Shown piece by piece: positions 16,382-26,839 of a stretch of 64,000 nucleotides of DNA. Position 1 is the stretch's first letter; each line of letters starts with the position of its first letter. Both the position numbers and the translations under genes were made by a program. This DNA is from Eledone cirrhosa. Taxonomy: Eukaryota. The notes beneath the pieces are model-generated. The model made no database searches. It saw only the letters and a program-made list of their open reading frames with translations, and had not been told where the DNA came from. The stretch is taken from the NCBI GenBank assembly GCA_964016885.1, contig OZ024742.1, forward strand, positions 115,134,001-115,198,000, written 5' to 3'.

Positions 16382-16487
16382 TTCTATATACACGAATTAT
16401 GTTTTCGTATACACCACTTTGATGCTTATACGGTGTAATTGTGCTACCGCCAATTGAATTTATATATATATATACGTATATATAAAT

Positions 16488-16662
16488 AGTAACACAACAG
16501 TCAGTTCACCATACCGAGAACAATTGTTTCATCTTGTGGTTACTGAGCTCGGACTGAGTGTGGCTCTCGGTATGGTGAACTAACTATTGTGTTGCTATTT
16601 CTACCAAGCTCGTCCCATGAACTGAGTGCTCTACTACTGATATAACCCTCCAGTGTTCAAAC
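16488..16662. repeat. Small tail-out palindromic element in (TA)n with an HHR 3' half
   Basis: Arms tagtaacacaacagtcagttcaccataccgaga and tctcggtatggtgaactaactattgtgttgcta; minus strand contains GAAACAATTGTT. Confidence 0.55.
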
Positions 16663-16685
16663 TTTATATATATATATATATATAT

Positions 16686-16883
16686 AAAATGAAGGAAATG
16701 TGGTAAGGAACCAGGTGGACCATAACGCACCAAAGTACTCAATACTTGAGGTAGTAGAGTGGGTAATAGGAACCAGTAAGACCCCGACAGCTGATCTCAA
16801 GCCGTTTCGACGGCTAATTCTCCGAGAATAAGAGAATTAGCCGTCGAAACGGCTTGAGCTCAGCTGTCGGGGTCTTACTGGTT

Positions 16884-16888
<5 letters not shown>
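16686..16888. mobile_element. Short palindromic copy of the HHR element found at 60249-62304
   Basis: 16686-16821 is near-identical to 60249-60382; arms 16766-16822 and 16832-16888 are inverted; flanked by (TA)n. Confidence 0.85.
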
Positions 16889-16916
<28 letters not shown>

Positions 16917-16975
16917 AACCTGAACCGATAAGGTCTGGTTTATCGGGTATGCCACTATTTATAAAACAAATTTTG

Positions 16976-17038
16976 TATTCTATCTGATGAAGGCGTACTA
17001 AATTTTGTTGACACCATTCAAATATATATAATACAATA
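16976..17038 (+). ncRNA. Degenerate HHR motif (GAAA changed to CAAA), inverted partner of 18026-18091
   Basis: tattctat CTGATGA ... CAAA tatata TA atacaata; downstream sequence matches the reverse complement of 17995-18030. Confidence 0.5.
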
Positions 17039-17080
17039 AATATGGTTTTATAAATATAGTTTCCATATGTTTAGTATCAT

Positions 17081-17166
<86 letters not shown>

Positions 17167-17345
17167 CAATATCAGAGATAGTTTAAAGCTAATCTCCGAC
17201 TGGTAACCATCTCACTCAACAAACATTAGGTTATATTTTAATATAAACCCAATTTAAGTGTTTGGGGTGCTAACAATATGTATTATGTGGAAAAGCCAGT
17301 TGTATTATTTTACGAGATATAATTAAAGTTAAAATATATCTCTCT

Positions 17346-17470
17346 TTCCAAACAATTGTTTCATTATAAGTTTTCTACAAATTCGGAGAATATTTCCAGT
17401 TTATGTAGAAGCCTAATATATATTCATGTAAGAATATATTTAGGTGGGCGCTTATAAATCATCAGTGGAA
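17346..17470 (-). ncRNA. Type I HHR motif with branched helix II
   Basis: Minus strand: ttcca CTGATGA tttataag [two hairpins] cttataat GAAA caattg TT tggaa. Confidence 0.75.
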
Positions 17471-17909
17471 GCCCATTAAACTTTGATATAAGAAAACCAT
17501 TTCTTACCAGAGTTAAAAATCGTGTCTGTTAAGTTGCTCCTTCCCGCATTGAATGACCGGCAGATTTGAAATTCCAGCAGTTTTTGACTGAGGAAGTATC
17601 ATAGCGTCACTAAGCGGGAAGGGGAGACAACTACGATCCACGAAAGGAGGAAAAAAAAATAATAATATACACGCGGATTAATCAGTTTTTTCGAAAACAT
17701 TATCATTCCAACGTGTTAAGAACTCAATTGAAATTAAAAAAATAAATATATGCATGTATAAATTACATACGCATATAGATATTTTCTTAGGCTAAAATCA
17801 GAGGTTGTACCTGAATAAGAAACAGCATCCCGTAACCGTAGTAAATACGGAAAGTTATGCTTTAAAGTGCAAATGGGAATGTAAATCTCCGGCCTAATTA
17901 AGAGTATAT

Positions 17910-17962
<53 letters not shown>

Positions 17963-18025
17963 CATATATATATATATATATATACGATATTAAACAAATG
18001 GAAACTATATTTATAAAACCATATT

Positions 18026-18091
18026 TATTTCATTATACATATTTCAGAGATACCATATTAAATATATGGCATACCTTCGTCAGATAAAATA
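18026..18091 (-). ncRNA. Type I minimal HHR motif
   Basis: Minus strand: tattttat CTGACGA aggtatgccatat attta atatggtatctct GAAA tatgta TA atgaaata; 8-bp helix I, 13-bp helix II with one mismatch. Confidence 0.8.
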
Positions 18092-18213
18092 CAATATATA
18101 AACAGTTTTATAAATAATGTTGACGTACCATATTATAAGCGACCATTAACTTAGGAAGATGTTTGCAATTTTCAACAGTTGAAAATTGCAAACTTGACTG
18201 TCACCACACATTA

Positions 18214-18252
18214 TGAACCTGAAGATTGCGAAAGCATGAAAGTACTTGTTCA
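18214..18252 (+). ncRNA. Type I minimal HHR motif
   Basis: tgaac CTGAAGA ttgc gaaa gcat GAAA gtac TT gttca; GNRA loop 2 and palindromic GTAC helix III. Confidence 0.8.
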
Positions 18253-18559
18253 ATTAACACTTAACATTTAATATTCTACCATACTATTTCATTCTAATAC
18301 CATTATACATTTTAAAGGATTGTAAATAAAACGAGTAAATCATACAAAGTTGGAATTCCTTTTATTCATATAATCTTCTATTCACAATCATACACACCCG
18401 TGTATATTTATCTCTCTATCTATCTCTCTATCTATTTTTATATATACAGATAGAGGGGGAGATAGATGGGGGTGAGAGACTGCGAGGGAGAGAATGCAAC
18501 ATATAATACAAACCGTGGCATGAAGCGTCCTGTGTCAAGCAGAAATCACCGCAGATTCC

Positions 18560-18627
<68 letters not shown>

Positions 18628-19782
18628 GTGTGTGTATGTTTGTGTGTTTGCGTGCGTGTATGTGTGTGTGTGTGCTTGTGTGCGTATGGGCGTGTTTATG
18701 CTTCTGTGTATGCATGCATATGTCTCTATATACTTTGAAGAAATGAGAAACTAAAAGATGAGTAAACAAAAATGGATAGAGGAAACCTGTTCTTTTTTCA
18801 GTATTTATAGGAAATATATTTTATCTTTTACTGTTAATGTTATAATTATTTTTATTTATATTTATTGGCTATACTTCCTAGCTTTCAGTTGAGACGGAAC
18901 GAAATCCTTCCGAACGTGATTTGAATAGCGGCTGAACACATGATCCTTTTTGACAGTGGTTTAGATATCTTCCCTGTCTCATTTTCAGAAACATTGATTT
19001 GATATCAACGTGTTTTTATTGCATTCTTTATTCATCTATTACTTTTACAAAGACTAATGCATTAGCCGCTATTAGACTTTTTAATCTTTTTCACTCCTAA
19101 AGTCGTTTCGTGTCCATATAGTATATGAATGCTTGATTAGGCAATGCGACAGCCTAAAACACAGCTGATGTGTTAAAGAGAAACCATTCTGGATTTAGTT
19201 TATAAATACTGCGTGCTTTTCTTCTTATGATGCAGATATTTTCTAAATGTTAATCATTAAAAATATACTTAGAAACAGGTTCTTGCACTCTAGAATATTT
19301 GTTTATAGTGTAGATTACATAATCAGGAATGGTGTAATTCTCTGAATGAATGCGTTTATATTTAATATCAAAATGCACAGGAATACTTTCTCAATTTTTC
19401 ATTAGGATTTACTATGTATTAATATAATAAGGGAAATGGAATACGGAAGAGCAAACAAATATCTATAAAATGCTATAAATTAATATATCAATAAACTGTT
19501 AATTTTCGAAACATTAATTATCGATTAGAAATTTTGCTTGTTTAAGACAATGTATCAGCGAAATAATTTTACAATGAATACTATACAGTCTAGAGTTTTG
19601 GGACACCAATTGATGGAGCAAGTATTAATACGGCTCCAATACTACGCAGTTCAACTGAAACCAATGAACAGTTTATAGGCATTTATATTTGTAAAGGTAC
19701 CTCCAATGCTCTGTAAAACAAACTTGATATCTTGCAAAACAAACTTGATATCTTGCAACTCTATAGTCTTATTGACTTGCAG

Positions 19783-19935
19783 TAGATATAAAGGAAAGTT
19801 TACATTTAACACGGCAATATTTTGTCGGTTGGGAAGTATAATAGCTCTATCTTCCAATGATGTAGACAGAAAGGCTAACATTAAAGGAAAACCTGGTGAC
19901 ATCATTCGCACGAATAAAGGTGTAACACCTTTCAG
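19783..19935 (+). pseudogene. Candidate host exon (unidentified protein)
   Basis: Acceptor ttgacttgcag, 153 nt open frame (RYKGKFTFNTAIFCRLGSIIALSSNDVDRKANIKGKPGDIIRTNKGVTPF), perfect donor CAG|GTAAGT. Confidence 0.45.
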
Positions 19936-19969
19936 GTAAGTGGCAAAAATATTATTATTATTATTATTT

Positions 19970-20374
19970 AGCCACACCGGCGGCAAGGCGCCGGAGCGGG
20001 CTCCACTACAACCACCAACTACAGTGGAGTTCATACCCCACCCAGACGCCACGGAATCTGGCATGGAGTATGAGGCAGGAGGGAAGAAGCAAACGATCTG
20101 CCACAAAAAAAAACAGAAAAAACCTTAGCTTCACCCTCCAAAAGTGAAGGCAGACAGAGAGGGGTAAAGGCTGCAAGGAGACTTGCAGCAGCACCACCAC
20201 CATCACCATCACCATCGCAAGCATCACCACCAACAACATGCACACTACCACCAGCGTCACCAAAAACACCAACATCGCAAACACAACAAAACACACACAC
20301 CCAACAACAACAACAAGAAAACAGCAACAAAATCACCCCTCCCCCAAAAGGTACACAGCCATAGACATGACAAA
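19970..20374 (+). mobile_element. Tx1-like ORF1 fragment
   Basis: Clear nucleotide and peptide similarity to 28100-28490 (RAPL.PPT.VE.IP.PDATES.ME.EAG). Confidence 0.8.
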
Positions 20375-20900
20375 TAAGCAAATCTTTATATTTTCGTAGC
20401 TTGTCAAATTCTTTTGCCGCGATATTGTGATCACATGGGGTGCTCATATCTATCAATAAACATACCTTGTTATGTTGATCTTTTCCAATGATTTCAAGTC
20501 TATTTGCTTTTATGGGCCTGTCAGTATGTACAGGAAAGTCCAAGAGAATTGTTACTTTTTCTCCTTCAGTTACAGGGTGATGATTGTACCACTTGACTTC
20601 AGCTTTGATTTTGTAATGACGACACACTACACAGTGTAGATATTGGACAACTCTGTCATGTCTATATTTGTATTCTACAGGTGCTAAAACTTGACATCCA
20701 GAGACTAAGTGATCCACTGTTTCAAACTCAGCATTGCAGAATGGGCACTTTGGGTTTATTCCGTTTCTCATCACAATGGCCTGGTAAATACGAGTCAATA
20801 AGCTTTGATCTTGGGCAGCTAAGATGAAGCATTCCCTCTCCGCATTTAGCCCTGAATTACGTAGCCACAGATGGGTGTGCTTTTGGTCATCATCAGCTTA
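20375..20900 (-). mobile_element. R4/Dong-like fragment (CCHC + RLE), third family
   Basis: AAQDQ, CPFC..ETVDHLVSGC, YKYRHD, TDRPIKANR, LIDMSTP, KLRKYKDL. Confidence 0.85.
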
Positions 20901-20907
20901 TTTGCTA

Positions 20908-20944
<37 letters not shown>

Positions 20945-20946
<2 letters not shown>

Positions 20947-21059
20947 CGAGTTCAAATTCCGCCGATGTTAACTTTGCCTTTCATCCTTACGGGGTCGATA
21001 AAATAAAGTACCAGTAATACACTAGGTAATTGCTGGCCTTGTGCCAAATGTAGAAACAA
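20945..21059 (+). mobile_element. 5'-truncated tRNA-derived SINE
   Basis: B box gagttcaaattcc, core gcctttcatccttacggggtcgataaaataaagtaccag, tail ggccttgtgccaaatgtagaaacaa. Confidence 0.85.
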
Positions 21060-21976
21060 ATCGGGCAATGTGATCGGTGGAAACTCCACCTGCAGGTTCT
21101 ATAGAGGATTAGTGCAGGGGAAGAGCGACGACGTACTTGGGGAAACTCTAGGCGTCGACGAAAATCGATTAGCCAATTTCTTCCGAAGAGCTTTCGGGCC
21201 GGGGCCTATGGACAAATTCCAGAAATCCCTGGCCTGGCAGTGCTACCGAGGAGCTTTGCCAATTAGGGATAACTTCTACAGGCATGGAGGTGCCCTCAGC
21301 CGGGCATGTCCGAGATGCGCGCAGGGCGACGAAACCGTCCTGCACGCACTCGTCAGTTTCCGAGCATTGCTTCCCTGTGGGTTTATGTCGAACATCTGCT
21401 GTCGCGTATAGGACGGATCCAGCTATCAGCTCAGTCCATCGCAAGGATTGCCCCACCCTCTTCCTTTAGCCGGGAAGGACAGGCAGTTTTTATCTGTCTG
21501 GTCGCCATGGCGAAAGAGATAGTATGGTGGACACGTTTGAAATGGCAAAAGACGAGCACTTACCTCTTCGGTGATGCCCTGATTAACTTTTTCAAATTTC
21601 ATTTGAAAAGGAAAATGAGGGTAGAGGGGGAAGTGCTCTCTTCCCAGCATGTTGTTGAAAGATGGGTGAGAGGGGCAAGAATGGCCCGAGTGAATGGGCC
21701 TACTCTGAGTATGTATCTGTAAATTAAAGGTGGAAAACTGGGAGAGTGCACTTGCCCTGGTGGTCAGGCTCACTGTGGCTTTTTAATGGGCTTTCTCCAC
21801 GAATGTCCCTCGTAAGTCCCCTCCCCCCTATTGTGGAATTTGTTATTGTTATATTTTTGTTACATCCTCTGTTTTTGTTTTTTACACGCAGAAATGGCCA
21901 TTTGTACCATCCTGTATTGTCCTGTACTGTACTTAATGTCTACTTTGTGTAAACCCTTGTGGTTAATATTGAAAGC
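21060..21976 (+). mobile_element. 5'-truncated Tx1-like element (C-terminal Zn finger + 3'UTR)
   Basis: LAWQCYRGALPIRD, CPRCAQGDETVLHAL; very similar to 36900-37815. Confidence 0.9.
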
Positions 21977-22002
21977 ATTCTTCTTCTTCTTATTATTATT
22001 AT

Positions 22003-25000
22003 AGTTGCTTTATGTTCACACGAGTTATCACCAAGCCACAACCAGTGACCTCAAGAGACAACAAGGTCCGCCACGTTCAAGACAGAACATACATATTCAC
22101 ACATGCATCTTTAGTGTTTAGACTTGTGATATACTTATATTAACATAATCTTCCTTAGTATGTTGGCAGTTCCCATTAGTACTATATTTTGTAATTCTCC
22201 TATACGCGGGTTTCCTGGGATTTGAGATAAGTAATCATTAGACCAACTAGGTAGCATTCCTAGAGCGTCTACAACCACTGGTATTGTTTTCATTCTCAGT
22301 TTCCACACTTTACCAATTTCTATCTCCAGATGCTTGTACTTGCTCAATTTTTCAAATGTTTTTATAGATACATTCTTGTCTATTCGAACGGATATATCAA
22401 TTAGCAGGCATAGCCTCTTTTTAAAGTCCTTCAGTATTATATCAGGTCTATTTGCATCCATTTTTTGGTCTGTTTGGAGGCTAAAGTTCTACAATAATGA
22501 GTTGTAACTTTTTTCATGTATGGGCGGTGGTTGATGCTCCCACCAATTCTTTCGATGGGAAGTGTCAAATGTTTACACATTATCCAATGTATGTATTGTG
22601 CAGCTCTGTCATGCCTGTTTAGGTATTCGGTTGGAGCTATAGGACTGCATATTGAGATTATATGATCAATGGTCTCTGGTTGTGTTTTACATTCACGGCA
22701 TAATGGGTTGCATCCATTTTTTATTATGTTGACTTGGTAATTTTTGTTGGCAGACATTGATCTTCTGCTGATATAATCAGTCATTCAGTCTCCGATTTCA
22801 GTCCAGAGGATGCCAACCACTGATGGGTTAAAGTTTTGTCAACATCAGGATTGTTAGCTATTTCTGTGTATTTTCCATACAGAGGCTTTTCTGGCACTTT
22901 CTTAGCCAGTTTATGTAGCAGTTCTTTCTTTGCAGTTACTTTTACATGCTTTGCTTTTTATGTGTTTTTTAATTCAGCAGTAAATGAAACTTCTTAAATT
23001 TGTAGTCCAGTACTATATCTGTGTGCATATTTTGTAATGGTGTATGATCATTTGATGCTTTCGTGTTTCAAAACGTGTTTGATCATTCAACCATGTGATT
23101 CCTTTAGATATGTAGATAATCCAATTGTTGCAGTTTTCAACGCAATATCTAATTGGATTAACCCACGTTCTCCTTCTTTCCTAGGGAGATTTATTAAATC
23201 TGTATCTGCCTTACAGTGATGCATTCGGTGCATGGTTAATAATTTTCGAATGTTTGTATCGAGCCTACGGATCTCTGTGCTTGACCAGTTGATGACATTG
23301 TAACTGTAGGTTACTACTGGCATTGCAAGCGTGTTTATGGCATCGATCCTATTGCTTGCAATTAATTCCTTTCTTAAGTTTGCTCTTAATCTGCGATAAC
23401 AGTCCTTCCTTATCCTTTCCCTCATTGAGGAGTGCTTCATTCCGTCTCCTTCACAAACATCTAGATATTTGTAAGTTTCCTCTTGATCAAGTTCTCTTAT
23501 GACATTCCCACGATCAAGATTAATGTCTAAACTTTTCAGCAGCTTTCCTCTGGTGAACGTTGCTTTGGCGCATTTATCTAGCCCAAACTCCATTTTAATG
23601 TCATCACTGAACTGCTCCACAGTGGATAATAGTCCTTGCAATTGTTCATCATATTTTGCAAATAGTTTCAGGTAATTCATGTAGAACAAGTGATTAATGG
23701 TTTTGTCATAGACTTTATATCCATGTTTTGTTTCATTGAGCATTTTACTTAATGGTATAAGTGCGGTGCAGAATAAAAGCGGTGATTAAAAGTCACCTAA
23801 ACTATTCCACAATTAATATTAACTTCTCCGGCTTCCAGTGATTGTTTTCACTATTCAAAAGGAGTGTCGTTTTCCTTGTCTTCATACTGAATGACAGGAA
23901 CCTCCTGACAACGGGAGATATTTTGAAAATCTCTAAACATTTTTCAATCCAACTGTGTGGCAAACTATCGAATGCTTTTTTGTAATCTATCCAAGCAATT
24001 GATAGATTTTTGTGTATATTATGACAATCTTCCGGTATCATTTTGTTAACCAAAAGCTGTTCCGTATAGCCATATGAGCCTCGATTACACCCTTTCTGCT
24101 CGTTGGGAAATAGGTCATTTGTCATCAGGTGGTCTTATGTATATTCAGTTAGGACTGATGTTAACATTTTAAACATTGTGGTCAAGCAAGTTATCAGTCT
24201 GTAATTTTTGGGATTGTTTGTCTCATCTTTCTTCGGAAGTAGGAATGTAATGCCGTTAACTAGCTATGATGGTATCTTTTCTGGCTCATTAACTATTTCA
24301 TTGTAAAGTTAGGCCAACAACTCATGAGACTCTGTGAAGGCATTTATCCAAAATTTTGGTATCTTGTCTTTTCCTGGGGATTTCCATTTGCTGGATTTTC
24401 TAAGAGCCAAACGCAACTGTTCAACTGTTATATTTTCTCATATTTGTTCCTCAAGGTGAGGTGTATCTTTCATTTTTCTGTCTATCCATGGGGCATGAAT
24501 ATTATGAACTTTTCCTTCGGCCCAGATTTTTCCCATAATTCTTGCACTTCCTCCTTGGGTTGTATTGATCTAGCATTTATTGTTGACTTGCCAATTTTTC
24601 TGTAGAAGTTTGTTTAGTGGTTTTTGAATATATTATTGTCCTTACAGAATCTAGATCGTTTTTCAAAGCGATTATACGAGCAGCTTTGGCCGAAACATTT
24701 TGACTGGTTATTTCTATCAACATGCCTATGTCACTTGTTGATTTTATACTGTATTTTCTTTTCAATTTTCTAAGTTTAATTTGTTTTACATGTTCACCTA
24801 CTTTGTAGTTTGTTAACATTTCTATGTCAGATTGGAGAAAGTTTATTTGGCGATTGATGTTCTCTTGCAAGTAGATTTCTTGTGGGAATTCCTTTGTGTT
24901 TTCATTGTCATTCCACATAGGTGAGCGGTGACTTTAGCCGATGCATAATAGAGATGATTTAAATCAGTAATGTCTAGTTTGTTTGTGATATTAATGTTTT

Positions 25001-26790
25001 TGAGAATTATGTTAGTCTTGTGTATTATCTTTTGGTTCTGTTTGGAGTTCTGGATCTTAGGGAGGGTGTCTCGTTCCCCCATGTCAGATTCTTTCATTTT
25101 CATCCATTCTATCCATTTCATGCTTCATGCTGTCAAGTTCATTCTCATTCATTTCTTTATCATTTACGATCTCATTGTTTTCATTTAGAGTTTCATCTTG
25201 AGCATGCACTCCCTCCACTTTTTCGATCCTTTCTTTAATTTGTTCTGTTGTCAGTAATTCCGCCCCAACCCTGGGATTCGAAATGTTACAATTTACCTCG
25301 CTTTCACTGACACATGTTTCATTTTCCCTTCGCTGACTTTGTGCTAATAGCTTGATCTGATCAATTTCTATATCAGTTAGCAACTTTCTTTTAACAATAT
25401 TTCTTGGTATATTGGCTAGTTTGTTACTGTCAATATAGCCTCTGTTTTCGGGATGTTTATTTTTCCAGTTGATATAAGTCTGTTCTGTATTCGATCTATT
25501 TGATGGGTAGTATATGGCACTGTAGAAATTCTCAAGGACTTCTTTATTGTCTTCCCTTGACCATTTTGCTCTCTTTTTCTTTGGATTTCTTGGTGGTTAG
25601 CATGGAGGGCCAAGTGTAGGAGTATTCCGATTATGGGAGGTCTCCAGCTACGAAGCGATGGGTGACGGCCGATCCGGTATGAGGTTTTATCATTTGACAT
25701 TTACTTTATTTTGTCGCGTTTTGTCCTTAACCGCCAAAGGGTAATCATTTCGTGTTTCCACTTCTAGGACTAGTGTCAACCAAGACTAGAGGGGTCGTCC
25801 TCCACTCGAGATACGGCCGTCATCCCGGTATTTCTTGGTCACGGGGTTTTATTTTTTGTTGCTTTTAAAATGTTTATTATCAAGTGTGATTCCTTAATGT
25901 GAGCATTGCGTGGCTTAAGAATGAAATTATTATTAATAATATGATATACTTTTTTGCTGAAGTTGCCTGATATTATTGTTGGCTATGTCGGTGGTGGTGC
26001 TGGGGCTTTTTCTATTGTTGGTGGTGAAGGGGGGGGGGCAGCAGTGCCATAGTCGATGCCGTTTGACCGTGTCTAGTGATACCGCCACCTTCCCCTTTCT
26101 TAAGTTAACAGAAGGTAGTGGGGAATAGTGGTGGTAGCAATGAAGGAGTAGTGGCGGCGGTGATGGGATTGTGGTAGTAATAATGGAGAGTGGTGGCGGC
26201 GGCGGTGACTATAGTGATGGCGTTGTCGTTACTGAATGTTGTTGCATAGACTGTAGTAGTATGCGTTTGTTTGATCTATGTATCTATGTGGTTTGTCGTG
26301 TATGTTTTATATATGTGTTGACATATTTTCTTAATATTTGAATTAAACATTTTGAGAAAACTTGAGATACAATAATAGTAATTATTATTATGCTGGGAAT
26401 GGTGGTGATGGTGGTGGTGAAATTGCCGTTATCTGGCTGTTGTATTTAGTGTACACAGAGGTGTGATGGTGGGGTAGGTGGTGTAAGTAGTTTGTGGTGT
26501 TGGTGAAATTACTGTTAATTGGCTGTTCTATATAGTGTAGACAGAGGGTTTTTTTTCCATTTATAACCCTTTTCGTTTTTGAATATAAAATGTATAATAC
26601 AAAATTGAATATTTGAGCGATATAACAAGGATAATATGTATCCGAATTTTCTGAGAGCTGGCCTGGTACTTTATATATCATTAGTACTAAGAATTGTTAT
26701 ATCACAATTGTTTTAAATATGTTAAAATTCAAAAACAAACGGGAGCGATTTCATAACATTCTATCCACCTCGTGCGTCTTCTTCTTCTTA
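22003..26790 (-). mobile_element. Full-length decayed R4/Dong-like non-LTR retrotransposon, family A
   Basis: ORF pieces from 25700 to 22135: EQKGC, WIDYKKAFDS, HLFYM..LKL, FGLDKC, CREC..ETIDHI, RHD, NRPDI, KLSKY. Long 5'UTR; both ends abut (TAA)n. Confidence 0.92.
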
Positions 26791-26839
26791 TTATTATTAT
26801 TCTTATTCTTCTTGCTCATCTTCGTCTTCTTCTTCTTCA

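Noticed and set aside
19715-19756. 21 bp tandem duplication aaaacaaacttgatatcttgc
   Set aside because: Real, but only two units; local slippage, not a CRISPR-like array or target-site duplication.
25700-26790. HDV-like ribozyme expected in the R4-type 5'UTR
   Set aside because: Could not build the nested double pseudoknot by eye in either family; needs a descriptor search.
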